Source: Alphaproteobacteria bacterium
GTDB lineage: Bacteria; Pseudomonadota; Alphaproteobacteria; HIMB59; GCA-002718135
DNA: 53,695 nucleotides
Assembly: GCA_045560945.1 (NCBI GenBank)
Contig: JBJKYR010000010.1
Coordinates: 1 to 53,695 of the forward strand
Direction of reading: 5' to 3'
Positions 29,745 to 39,542 of the stretch are shown here, one piece after another. Each line of letters opens with the position of its first letter. Within the stretch, counting starts at the first letter, position 1. The notes below the pieces were generated by a model, which saw only the letters and a program-made list of their open reading frames with translations, made no database searches and was not told the DNA's origin. The translations under genes were made by a program, and so were the position numbers.

Positions 29745-31067
29745 TTATTTAGCTAATGCACCCATAGGATCCCATGGGGCAAGAGCAATAGGTTCTAAAT
29801 CAAGATATTTAAATATTTTTTTACTAAGATACTTTTTGTCCACAACTACCTCGTAAGTATATTCATCAAACCATTCATCTGTCATCATCATATAACCTTT
29901 ATTACCACTCTTTGTTCCCCAACTGTTTTCAATCTTCCATTTGTTAGAATTACGTTTTTTAACATCTACACCAGTTAATAACATGGCATGTGTCATTTCA
30001 CTATCACCATACTCTAGTCTAGTTTGTTTATTCATTTTAAATGAAGTTTGAAAAACATTTTCATAATCAAAAATACCCATATCAAGAACTCCCATATCTC
30101 GACTAAATCTTTTACCAACATCACAACCAAACCATACTGCTTCATTATTTTTAATTGATTGCATTGCAGATTTTTTTAGCTCATCTATATTAACGTTGAG
30201 ATATTTTATTTCTTGACCCTCAATAACATTACCGAGATATTCAACTGTATATGTTCTATTGAAAATTTTGTTACTCATTGGTGCATGAATTAAGCAAACT
30301 TTATCTTTAATATTAATATCAGCGTATTTTTTACAAAATTCCTTAGGTGATATGTCTGTAATTGCTATATATTTATTATCTTTGTCTCTCGATGACCAAT
30401 TAATCACTGCAGGTGGCTGGCCTAAAAACATAGCTAATAAATTATAAATAATTTCTATCATTTCTTTTTTAAGCTTTGCAGATTGCTTTGCAGGTTTTTT
30501 TCTTAAAATGGAAGCAAACTCTCGAAGTTTATGTGTTAAGATGTAATTCATTGCCATTGATTTACTACTATGGTTGGTTTCCGGCATAATATCTTTTGGA
30601 ACTGCACCATATTTCTCTATGAGGTTAACAAACATGTCCCATTGACCTCCATCTTGAACAGGATCTTTGACAAGATGCATTATTAATCTGCTTTCGTAAG
30701 CATGATCTCTTGTTTTAATTATATTTTCTAAAAAGTAATTTGCTTTTTCTAATTTGTCCCAAAACATAAAATAGTTTTGGGAAAATTCAAAATTTGCTAA
30801 ACCTAATTTTTTAACTACTTCAAGACGCATTAAATTTAAGCCTGCAAAACCCCAACATCTGCCTGATGCCATTTGATTAGTTGCAGGTAATTCTTTTTCA
30901 ATTAAATGAGAAAAATGATGATTAATTTGACTAAAATTTTCCCAGTTTAGAGCAACTGTATTTAAATCATTTTTTATTAAAGCATTGCGTGATGCAGTAT
31001 TTTTATCATTTCTCAGAAATTTATTTTTGTATTTTTTAACATCGTTTAAAGATATATTTTTAGGCAT
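29745..31067 (-). CDS. pepC: Aminopeptidase C (bleomycin hydrolase family, cysteine peptidase C1B)
   Basis: 440 aa with the catalytic Cys in QMASGRCWGFAG, His in THAMLLTGV, ENSWG, and the family-typical C-terminus WDPMGALAK. Confidence 0.88.
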   Translation of the reverse strand: MPKNISLNDVKKYKNKFLRNDKNTASRNALIKNDLNTVALNWENFSQINHHFSHLIEKELPATNQMASGRCWGFAGLNLMRLEVVKKLGLANFEFSQNYFMFWDKLEKANYFLENIIKTRDHAYESRLIMHLVKDPVQDGGQWDMFVNLIEKYGAVPKDIMPETNHSSKSMAMNYILTHKLREFASILRKKPAKQSAKLKKEMIEIIYNLLAMFLGQPPAVINWSSRDKDNKYIAITDISPKEFCKKYADINIKDKVCLIHAPMSNKIFNRTYTVEYLGNVIEGQEIKYLNVNIDELKKSAMQSIKNNEAVWFGCDVGKRFSRDMGVLDMGIFDYENVFQTSFKMNKQTRLEYGDSEMTHAMLLTGVDVKKRNSNKWKIENSWGTKSGNKGYMMMTDEWFDEYTYEVVVDKKYLSKKIFKYLDLEPIALAPWDPMGALAK

Positions 31068-31108
31068 TATGTATATTTAAGACTATTTTAATTTAAATCA
31101 ATTTGATT

Positions 31109-33622
31109 CTATTTTTTCTTTTTTTTTAAACCCATTTTAAGTTTTCTATCATCAATTAATTTTATGGCATCTTCTAAGCTTAAACTATCAATTGTTTGAT
31201 CACCAAGAAGGGAGGCATTAATTTTTCCACATTTTACATAAGGCCCGTACTTACCATCATGGGCTGTTATATTCTTTTTTTCTATTGGATGCTCTCCGAA
31301 ACTTTTAAGTGTAGCATTACCTCTTTGCGTAGGTTTGGCAATTAGTTCAAGTGCTCTGTCTAATTCTATATCTAAAATATTGTCTGTTTTCTCTAAGGCT
31401 TTATATTTTTTATCATGAAGAATGTAAGGTCCATACATGCCTATACCTGCACTTACTGTTTTATTATTATCTGGATGAAATCCTAGTTTTCTTGGTAACC
31501 CTAATAATTGTATAGCTGTATTTAAACCTATTTCATCTGGTTCAAAATTTTTTGGGATTGAGACTCTTTTAGGTTTTTTTTCTGGAGTTCCTTCACCAAC
31601 CTGCATATAAAAACCATACGGACCCTTTCTAAGAGTAATCATTTCATTAGTTTCAGGATAAACACCAATTTCTTTAGGGCCGCTTAAAGATGCACCATCT
31701 TTGTCATTTAATTGATTAAATTGAATAGTATATTTACAATCAGGGTAATTAGAACAACCAACAAATCCTCCAAATTTCCCTACTTTAATGCCTAATCTCC
31801 CATTCTCACAAGTAGGGCATTTTCTACTCTCATCCTTTCCTTCTGGCGGAAAGAAATGAGCACCTAATGCATCATCTAGTACATCAATTACTTCTCTATT
31901 TGATTTACCCACAGTATCATCACATAGTTTTTTAAAAGTCTCCCAGAATTTACTTAAAACTTCTTTCCAATCTAATTTTCCATCTGAAATCTCATCCAAT
32001 TGATTTTCAAGATCTGCAGTGAAGTCATATTCTACATATTGATTAAAATATTTTTCTAGAAATATAGATACGATACGCCCTCTATCATGAGGATTAAATC
32101 GTTTTTTATCCAATATAACGTAGTCTCTATCTTGTAAAACTTTAATAATTGAAGCATATGTTGATGGCCTACCAATTCCTAATTCTTCTAATTTTTTTAC
32201 TAAACTTGCTTCAGTGTAGCGAGGAGGAGGCATTGTAAAATGTTGATTTTTAACTACTTCATTTAGATCGAATTCTTCACCTTCATCCATTGCAGGAAGT
32301 ATTGTTTCTTTTTCTTCATCTTTATCATCATCTTTTGCCTCTTGATAAACCTTATACATACCTGGAAATTTTATAGTTGAGCCATTTGCTCGCAAACTGA
32401 TTTGCTGATCTTCAGTCATTATGTTAACCGCTACTTGATCTAAGATTGCACTAGACATTTGGGAAGAAACTGCTCTTTGCCAAATAATTTCATACAATTT
32501 AAACTCTTCTCCTGTGATGTATTGCTTAATATCTTTTGGAGTTAAGTGGATATTAGTTGGTCTAATACATTCATGCGCTTCTTGAGCATTTTTAGCTTTA
32601 GATTTATATACCCTAGGACTATCTGGTAGATATTTATCTCCATAGTTTTCACTTACAAAGGTCCGCACTTGAGTAATAGCTTCACTGGACATTATTACGC
32701 TGTCTGTCCTCATATAAGTGATCAATCCTGTTGTGCTCCCATTGATTTCAGTTCCTTCATAAAGTCTCTGTGCAGTACGCATTGTTTGGCTAGCACTTAG
32801 GCCTAATTTACGACTTGATTCAATTTGCATCGTAGAAGTTGTAAAAGCAGGGTAAGGGTTTCTTTTTACGTCTTTTTTTGTAATATTACCAACTTTAAAT
32901 TTTGAATTTTTAATTGTTTCATAAATATTAGTAGCTTGTTTTTCATTTTTAATATCAAGCTTATCAATTTTATTTCCATCAAATAAGGTTAAGCGAGCAT
33001 TGATGTTTTTTTTATCTTTGTTTAAAAAATTACCTTGGATAGACCAATACTCTTCAGGATCAAATTTCTCTATTTCTAATTCTCTTTCACTAATTATTCT
33101 TAATGCTACAGATTGTACTCTACCTGCAGACTTTGAGCCAGGCAACTTTCGCCAGAGTACTGGTGAGAGAGTAAATCCAACTAAAAAATCTAAAGCTCGT
33201 CTAGCTAAATAGGCATTAACTAAATTCTCATCTATTTTACGAGGCTCTTTAAGACTTTCTAAAACAGCATTTTTAGTAATTTCATTAAAAGTCACACGGT
33301 AAATATTTAATTTAGATAATGCAGCATTATCTCTTAAAAGTTTTTCAACATGCCAAGCAATAGCCTCTCCTTCACGATCAGGGTCAGTGGCTAAATAAAG
33401 GTTTTCTGATTTTTTTGCTGCATCAGTTATTTCTTTAATAACTTTTTTTCCTCTATCACTGGTCTCCCATTTCATATGAAAATCATTTTCAGTGTCAATA
33501 GCATCATTTTTAGCTGATAAATCTCTGACGTGCCCTACGCTAGCAAGCACTTTAAAGTCAGAACCTAAATATTTATTAATAGATTTTGCTTTTGATGGGG
33601 ACTCTACGATTAAAACATTCAT
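31109..33622 (-). CDS. topA: DNA topoisomerase I
   Basis: 837 aa with a TOPRIM domain (LIVESPSKAK, ATDPDREGEAI), the active-site region GLITYMRTDS and C-terminal zinc ribbons (CPTCENGRL...GCSNYPDCKY). Confidence 0.95.
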   Translation of the reverse strand: MNVLIVESPSKAKSINKYLGSDFKVLASVGHVRDLSAKNDAIDTENDFHMKWETSDRGKKVIKEITDAAKKSENLYLATDPDREGEAIAWHVEKLLRDNAALSKLNIYRVTFNEITKNAVLESLKEPRKIDENLVNAYLARRALDFLVGFTLSPVLWRKLPGSKSAGRVQSVALRIISERELEIEKFDPEEYWSIQGNFLNKDKKNINARLTLFDGNKIDKLDIKNEKQATNIYETIKNSKFKVGNITKKDVKRNPYPAFTTSTMQIESSRKLGLSASQTMRTAQRLYEGTEINGSTTGLITYMRTDSVIMSSEAITQVRTFVSENYGDKYLPDSPRVYKSKAKNAQEAHECIRPTNIHLTPKDIKQYITGEEFKLYEIIWQRAVSSQMSSAILDQVAVNIMTEDQQISLRANGSTIKFPGMYKVYQEAKDDDKDEEKETILPAMDEGEEFDLNEVVKNQHFTMPPPRYTEASLVKKLEELGIGRPSTYASIIKVLQDRDYVILDKKRFNPHDRGRIVSIFLEKYFNQYVEYDFTADLENQLDEISDGKLDWKEVLSKFWETFKKLCDDTVGKSNREVIDVLDDALGAHFFPPEGKDESRKCPTCENGRLGIKVGKFGGFVGCSNYPDCKYTIQFNQLNDKDGASLSGPKEIGVYPETNEMITLRKGPYGFYMQVGEGTPEKKPKRVSIPKNFEPDEIGLNTAIQLLGLPRKLGFHPDNNKTVSAGIGMYGPYILHDKKYKALEKTDNILDIELDRALELIAKPTQRGNATLKSFGEHPIEKKNITAHDGKYGPYVKCGKINASLLGDQTIDSLSLEDAIKLIDDRKLKMGLKKKKK

Positions 33623-33687
33623 AAAAATTTAGTCCAAATTTCAGTTTAAACTTACTTCGTCAAGAATTTTTTAAAAAACGTAGAATT

Positions 33688-34290
33688 CTACTTAGATAAT
33701 TTTATTTTATTTTCTGTTCTATTTATCAATCTTTTTATATTTTCACGGTGTTTAAGGATAATTATTAAAAATAAATATAATAAAAAAATACAAATATGAT
33801 TGTTATTATTTATGAAAAAATAAATTGGAGCAATTAAAGATGCAACTATAGAACTTAAAGAGGAATACCTTGCAATTAAAGCAATCATCATCCAAACAGT
33901 AATAAAGGATAATCCTAAGAATAAATTTATTCCAAATAAAAAACCAATATACGTTGCTACACCTTTACCTCCTTTAAATTTTAACCAAAAAGGAAAAATA
34001 TGACCAAGAATAGCAAAATGACATAGAAATATTGTATGTAATAATCCAATATTATCAAAAAATAAATTTAATAGAAAGAATGGAATTAATCCTTTTAAAA
34101 CATCACAACATAATACCCCAAAAGCAAGATATTTATTTCCAGTACGAAGAACGTTAGTAGCCCCAACATTACCCGAACCAATATTTCTTATATCTCCAAG
34201 ACCAAATAATTTTGGAAGTATCAATGCAAAAGGGATTGAACCTATAAAATAAAAGAGAATTATAAAAATAAAATTAATGCTTAAGGACAT
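33688..34290 (-). CDS. plsY: Glycerol-3-phosphate acyltransferase PlsY
   Basis: 200 aa membrane protein with GSGNVGATNVLR and FKGGKGVAT. Confidence 0.92.
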   Translation of the reverse strand: MSLSINFIFIILFYFIGSIPFALILPKLFGLGDIRNIGSGNVGATNVLRTGNKYLAFGVLCCDVLKGLIPFFLLNLFFDNIGLLHTIFLCHFAILGHIFPFWLKFKGGKGVATYIGFLFGINLFLGLSFITVWMMIALIARYSSLSSIVASLIAPIYFFINNNNHICIFLLYLFLIIILKHRENIKRLINRTENKIKLSK

Positions 34291-35425
34291 TATCTCTATT
34301 TTTAATTAAAATATCTAAGCAAGCCATTCGAATAGCAACTCCCATTGAAACCTGTTCCTGAATTAAACTCCTTGTAACATCATCTGCTAGTTTAGAGTCT
34401 ATTTCAACTCCTCTATTCATAGGACCTGGATGCATAACAAAGGCATTTTTTTTAGCATATTTCAATTTATTGTAATCTAATCCATATTTATTAAAATAAA
34501 TCTTTTGATTTGGCATGATTTTTCCAACAATTCTTTCCTTTTGAATTCTAAGCATCATTACAATATCACAATTTTTAAGACCTTTTTTCATATCAGTAAA
34601 AACTGTAACAGGAAGTTTCTTAATATTTTTAGGTAGCCACTCTCTAGGTCCAATTACATTTATCTTAGCGCCAAGTTTTGACAAAATTATAATATTGGAT
34701 CTGGCAACACGACTATGAAGAATATCACCACATATTCCAATTTGTAATTTTGAAAAATTATCAAATTTATTTTTTATAGTTAAAGCATCCAACAAAGCTT
34801 GGGTGGGATGTTCATGACTTCCGTCCCCAGCATTAATGACAGAAGCATCAACGTTTAAAGAAATTCTTTTACTTACTCCTTCTTCAGGGTGTCTAACTAT
34901 TAAGACATCAGGATTCATTGAATTAATAGTTGTCATAGTATCAAGTAGAGTTTCACCTTTATTTATTGAGCTATCCTTTACTGCAACATTTATTATATCA
35001 GCACCTAATCTCTTAGCAGCAACTTCAAAACTTGTACGAGTTCTTGTTGAGTCTTCAAAAAATAAATTAAAAATAGTTCTTCCTTCGAGTAAATTATTTT
35101 TTTTAATTCTTTTTTTATTAAAACTAATAAATTTTTTTGCTTCATTTAAGAAAAATTCTATTTCCTTCCTATCTAAATCTGCAGTTTCAACTAAATGAAT
35201 TTTTTTGTAAATATTTTTTGATCTTCTCTCTATGTGAATTTTATTTTCTATACCTAAAGATGAATAATATTTAAGTGCAATTTTTTCTGATTCTTTTAAA
35301 ATTTTTGAACCTGTGGATGATCGAATAGCTTTTTGCTTTGGCAATTTAATCTTCATTTGCCAATATTCAGAATTTTCTCTTTTATATAACTTAATGTGGT
35401 TTGATTTTAAATATTTGAACTTCAT
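34274..35425 (-). CDS. pyrB: Aspartate carbamoyltransferase catalytic subunit with an unusual ~75-aa N-terminal extension
   Basis: The canonical domain starts about residue 77 (HLVETADLDRKEIEFFL). It has FFEDSTRTRTSFEVAAKRLG, the HPTQALLD motif (as SHEHPTQALLD) and HPGPMNRGVEI. There is no ATG/GTG/TTG near the canonical start, and the in-frame ORF opens at the ATG at 35425 (alternative ATG at residue 24). Confidence 0.9.
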   Translation of the reverse strand: MKFKYLKSNHIKLYKRENSEYWQMKIKLPKQKAIRSSTGSKILKESEKIALKYYSSLGIENKIHIERRSKNIYKKIHLVETADLDRKEIEFFLNEAKKFISFNKKRIKKNNLLEGRTIFNLFFEDSTRTRTSFEVAAKRLGADIINVAVKDSSINKGETLLDTMTTINSMNPDVLIVRHPEEGVSKRISLNVDASVINAGDGSHEHPTQALLDALTIKNKFDNFSKLQIGICGDILHSRVARSNIIILSKLGAKINVIGPREWLPKNIKKLPVTVFTDMKKGLKNCDIVMMLRIQKERIVGKIMPNQKIYFNKYGLDYNKLKYAKKNAFVMHPGPMNRGVEIDSKLADDVTRSLIQEQVSMGVAIRMACLDILIKNRDNVLKH

Positions 35426-35460
35426 ATGTGCTAATATTGTGTCAATATGTGTAAACTAAT

Positions 35461-35934
35461 TTAAACAGTATTTCTATACTTATCTAAGTATCCTTGTAAA
35501 ATATAAGCTGCTGATTGCTGGTCTAGTTTTTTTTTAATTTTTGTAGTGCTAAATTCAGATTTTCTCATTTCTTTAAAAATAATATCAGATGAATATCTTT
35601 CGTCCCAAAATTCAACGGGCGACGAAAAAAATAATTGTAATTCATTGGTAAACCTTTTTATTTTATTTGTTTGCTCATTTTCATTACCATCTAGACTTAA
35701 GGGTAAGCCAACTACAAATCCCCCAATTTCATATTCATTCAAATATTCCTTAATTATAGATAAGTCCTTATTTGTACCTTTTCTGTTAACAGTATTAATA
35801 GGTGTAGCAATAGTAAAAGATCTATCAGATACAGCAATTCCAATTGTTTTGTAACCTACATCTAGACCTACAAGAATTTGTGATGTAAGAAGTCGATCAA
35901 TTAAATTGTTAGGTTTTTCAATCACTGGAGACAT
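35461..35934 (-). CDS. ruvX: Putative pre-16S rRNA nuclease / Holliday junction resolvase-like YqgF (RuvX)
   Basis: ILVGLDVGYKTIGIAVSD, GFVVGLPLSLDG and DERYSS. The track ORF extends to 36039 but those 35 codons overlap gatC on the other strand. I start at the ATG at 35934-35932 (MSPVIEKP...). Confidence 0.85.
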   Translation of the reverse strand: MSPVIEKPNNLIDRLLTSQILVGLDVGYKTIGIAVSDRSFTIATPINTVNRKGTNKDLSIIKEYLNEYEIGGFVVGLPLSLDGNENEQTNKIKRFTNELQLFFSSPVEFWDERYSSDIIFKEMRKSEFSTTKIKKKLDQQSAAYILQGYLDKYRNTV

Positions 35935-35939
35935 ATAAA

Positions 35940-36227
35940 TTGAAGTTAGACACAAATACAATAAATAAAATTGCAAAACTTGCCAGAATAAGACTTTCTG
36001 AGGAAGAAGCAAAAGATTTACTGAAGGATATGAACTCAATTTTAGATTGGGTAGAGCAACTTAATGAAGTTGATACAGATACAGTTGAACCTTTGGCAAA
36101 TATCTCATCATCAATTCTTCCGCAGAGAAAAGATGAAGCTAAGGATATAAATTCAACTGATGAAATTTTAAAAAATAGCCCAGATAAACTTGAAGGATAT
36201 TTTGCAGTTCCAAAGGTTGTAGAATAA
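35940..36227 (+). CDS. gatC: Asp/Glu-tRNA amidotransferase subunit C
   Basis: 95 aa (TTG start) with INKIAKLARIRLSEEEAKDL ... VDTDTVEP. Followed by gatA. Confidence 0.88.
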   Translation: MKLDTNTINKIAKLARIRLSEEEAKDLLKDMNSILDWVEQLNEVDTDTVEPLANISSSILPQRKDEAKDINSTDEILKNSPDKLEGYFAVPKVVE

Positions 36228-37651
36228 TGAGCTTTAAGTCAATCTCTGAACTAAAATCACTATTAAATGAAAATAAAATATCTGTTAAAGAAATTGCTGA
36301 AACATACATTAAGAGAATTAATAAAAAAAAAGAATTAAATATTTTTATTTACTTTAACGAAGATAAAATTAATGATCAGGTAAAAGTAATAGAAAAGTTA
36401 CCAAATGATAAAACCTTAAAAGGTATACCTATTGCTGTAAAAGATCTGTTTTGTACTTCAAATATGCCTACTACTGCAGCATCAAAAATTTTAAAAAATT
36501 TTAAACCCAGCTATGAATCTTTTGTTACTCAAAAATTAATTGATCAAGGATCAATGTTTGTTGGCAAAACAAATTTAGATGAATTTGCAATGGGCTCTGC
36601 TACTAATACTAGTTATTTTGGCAATACTATAAATCCTTTATCAAAAAATGATAATCCATTGGCTCCAGGAGGATCATCAGGTGGTTCAGCTGCAGCTGTA
36701 GCTGCAGATTTATGCTTAGGTGCCACAGGAACAGACACAGGAGGATCTATAAGACAACCTGCTAGTTTTTGTGGTGTTGTTGGAATTAAACCCACCTATG
36801 GTTTATGTTCTAGATGGGGTATTGCAGCTTTTGCATCAAGTCTTGATCAAGCTGGAGTTTTTTCAAAAAATGTAAGAGATGCATCTATATTATTAGGAGA
36901 AATAGCTGGCCACGATCAAAGGGATAGTACTAGTTCGAATGTTCAAATACCTAATTACTCTAAAAATCTAAATCCAAGTTTAGTAGGTAAAGTTGTCGGA
37001 ATACCTAAAGAATATAGTGTGGATGGAACATCAGATGAAATTAATGGAGTTTGGGAAGACGCTATAAAGTCCTTAGAAAAAAAAGGGGCTAAAATAAAGT
37101 ATATTTCATTACCTCATACTAAGTACGCTTTGCCAACATATTATATAATTGCACCTGCTGAAGCATCATCAAATTTAGCTCGATACGATGGGGTGAAATA
37201 TGGGTTTAGAGCTCATGATGCAAAAAGTTTAGATGATATGTATGAGTTAACTAGAAGTGAGGGTTTTGGTAAAGAAGTTAAAAGAAGAATATTAATTGGA
37301 ACTTATGTATTATCAGCAGGTTATTACGATGCATATTATTTAAAAGCTCAAAAGGTAAGAAAATTAATTGCTAATGATTTTGTAGAAGTATTTTCAGATT
37401 GTGATTTAATATTAACCCCTACAGCTCCAAGTGCTGCATTTCCTTTAAATGAAAAACAAGATGATCCAATTAAAATGTATCTTAATGATGTTTTTACTGT
37501 ACCTGCTTCTTTAGCAGGCATACCTGGTATTTCAATTCCCTATGGTAAAGATAAAAAAGGCTTACCTCTTGGTGTCCAGCTTTTAAGCAAACATTATAAT
37601 GAGCAAGAAATTTTTAATGCTGCTTTTTCATTAGAGAAAGATTATGAATAA
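36227..37651 (+). CDS. gatA: Asp/Glu-tRNA amidotransferase subunit A
   Basis: 474 aa with the amidase signature [13 protein letters not shown]...[12 protein letters not shown]. Confidence 0.95.
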   Translation: MSFKSISELKSLLNENKISVKEIAETYIKRINKKKELNIFIYFNEDKINDQVKVIEKLPNDKTLKGIPIAVKDLFCTSNMPTTAASKILKNFKPSYESFVTQKLIDQGSMFVGKTNLDEFAMGSATNTSYFGNTINPLSKNDNPLAPGGSSGGSAAAVAADLCLGATGTDTGGSIRQPASFCGVVGIKPTYGLCSRWGIAAFASSLDQAGVFSKNVRDASILLGEIAGHDQRDSTSSNVQIPNYSKNLNPSLVGKVVGIPKEYSVDGTSDEINGVWEDAIKSLEKKGAKIKYISLPHTKYALPTYYIIAPAEASSNLARYDGVKYGFRAHDAKSLDDMYELTRSEGFGKEVKRRILIGTYVLSAGYYDAYYLKAQKVRKLIANDFVEVFSDCDLILTPTAPSAAFPLNEKQDDPIKMYLNDVFTVPASLAGIPGISIPYGKDKKGLPLGVQLLSKHYNEQEIFNAAFSLEKDYE

Positions 37652-39119
37652 TTTTATCAAAGGAAAAAAACATGAATGGGAAACTGTAATTGGCCTTGAA
37701 ATACACGCTCAGGTAAAATCAAATTCAAAACTATTCAGTAATTCTTCTACAGTATTTGGCTCAAAACCAAATAGTCAAGTCTCTCTTGTTGATGCAGCCA
37801 TGCCAGGTATGCTCCCTGTTATAAATAAGTATTGTATAGAACAGGCTGTCAAAACTGGAATTGGTTTAAAAGCAAAAATTAATAATTATTCTGTGTTCGA
37901 TAGAAAAAACTATTTTTATGCAGACCTTCCACAAGGATATCAAATAAGTCAATATAAGTATCCTATTGTCGGAGAAGGAAAAGTCACTATAGATTTTAAA
38001 GATGGTAGTTCAAAAGATATTAGAATAGTAAGATTACATTTAGAGCAAGATGCGGGTAAAAGTCTTCACGATCAAAATCCAACAAAAACATATGTTGATT
38101 TAAATAGATCAGGAGTTGCTTTAATGGAAATTGTAAGTGAGCCAGATATTAGAAGTGCAGATGAGGCAGGTTTATATATCTCTAAAATAAGATCAATTTT
38201 AATGTACCTTGATACTTGTGATGGAAACATGCAAGAGGGTTCACTTCGTGCTGATGTTAATATTTCTGTCAGAAAACCTGGTGAAAATTATGGAACGAGA
38301 TGTGAAATTAAGAATTTAAATTCAATTAAATTTATTAAACAGGCTATTAATTATGAAGTTAAAAGACAAATAGAAACCTTGGAAGAGGGTGGGGTTATTA
38401 ATCAAAATACTCTTCTATTTAATACATCTACTGGGAAAACTAGACCAATGCGCAGTAAAGAAGAGGCTCATGATTATAGATATTTTCCAGATCCAGACCT
38501 ATTACCTTTAGAAATAGATCAAGAAGATATTGATACATTAAAAAGAACAATACCAGAGTTACCTGATGATAGAAAAACAAGATATGTCAATAATTACCAT
38601 TTATCTAACTATGATGCCTCAATTTTAACTGCAGATAAATATGTATCAGATTATTTCGACACTGTAATAAAATCAGACAAAACACTTAAAGAGTCATCGA
38701 AGATTGTTGTAAATTGGATCACATCAGAATTGTTTTCAATTTTAAATGAAAAGAATATTGAAATTAAAAATTCTCCAATAACTCCTGAGCATTTAGGTAA
38801 ATTGGTAAAATTGATTAAAGAAAATATAATCTCAGGTAAGATTGCCAAAGATGTATTAATTGATATGTTTAATACAAAACAAGATCCAAACAAAATTATA
38901 GAACAAAAAGGATTAAAACAAGTTACTGACAAAAGTGAAATTGAAAATATTGTTGACGAAGTTCTTAAAGAGAATCAAATTATGGTTGAGCAATATTTGT
39001 CAGGTAAAGATAAGTTGCTTGGATTTTTTGTTGGCCAATCTATGAAAAAAAGTCAAGGTAAGGTTAATCCTAAGATCTTAAATGAAATTTTAAAAATAAA
39101 ATTATCAAAAAAGAATTAA
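37644..39119 (+). CDS. gatB: Asp/Glu-tRNA amidotransferase subunit B
   Basis: 491 aa with [36 protein letters not shown] and a C-terminal GatB/YqeY domain. Confidence 0.95.
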   Translation: MNNFIKGKKHEWETVIGLEIHAQVKSNSKLFSNSSTVFGSKPNSQVSLVDAAMPGMLPVINKYCIEQAVKTGIGLKAKINNYSVFDRKNYFYADLPQGYQISQYKYPIVGEGKVTIDFKDGSSKDIRIVRLHLEQDAGKSLHDQNPTKTYVDLNRSGVALMEIVSEPDIRSADEAGLYISKIRSILMYLDTCDGNMQEGSLRADVNISVRKPGENYGTRCEIKNLNSIKFIKQAINYEVKRQIETLEEGGVINQNTLLFNTSTGKTRPMRSKEEAHDYRYFPDPDLLPLEIDQEDIDTLKRTIPELPDDRKTRYVNNYHLSNYDASILTADKYVSDYFDTVIKSDKTLKESSKIVVNWITSELFSILNEKNIEIKNSPITPEHLGKLVKLIKENIISGKIAKDVLIDMFNTKQDPNKIIEQKGLKQVTDKSEIENIVDEVLKENQIMVEQYLSGKDKLLGFFVGQSMKKSQGKVNPKILNEILKIKLSKKN

Positions 39120-39440
39120 TCTTAAGGTAAATATTCTGTAAGATAAAAAAATAAAAGTCGCTATTATCCAAACCATACTTCCTTTGTAATTTTCAGCTGA
39201 TCTCCAAATTCCAATTGTTAAGAAAATTGTCCAAAGAAATAAACTAAATTTTGATAATAAGCTAAAATTATTAAAATTTAAAAAAGGTAAAGAGTTTGTA
39301 AATTGATTATTGCCAAATAAGTATATTTCAAGATTAAAAATTAGTATTATAAATATTGCATTTAATATTTCACCAATTAACCAATATGCTCTCCATAAAG
39401 TAATTTCACCTCTCCAAAACCTTCCAATTATTTTTTCCAT
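39105..39440 (-). CDS. Hypothetical small membrane protein (3 predicted TM helices)
   Basis: 111 aa, [30 protein letters not shown]..., hydrophobic, with no family I can name. The 3' end overlaps the gatB 3' end by 15 bp (convergent). Confidence 0.5.
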   Translation of the reverse strand: MEKIIGRFWRGEITLWRAYWLIGEILNAIFIILIFNLEIYLFGNNQFTNSLPFLNFNNFSLLSKFSLFLWTIFLTIGIWRSAENYKGSMVWIIATFIFLSYRIFTLRLILF

Positions 39441-39542
39441 ATCTTATTTCTTTTAAATTAATAAATTAACTAAATCCTTACTTTTTTATATAAACTTATT
39501 CCATAGCATTGAAGATGATGCTAGAGAATTTCAAAAATTAAT

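Noticed and set aside
35935-36039. The 35-codon N-terminal extension of the ruvX track ORF (MSSYPSVNLLLLPQKVLFWQ...).
   Set aside because: It overlaps the well-supported gatC coding sequence on the opposite strand and has no YqgF homology. The internal ATG at 35934 gives a normal-length RuvX.
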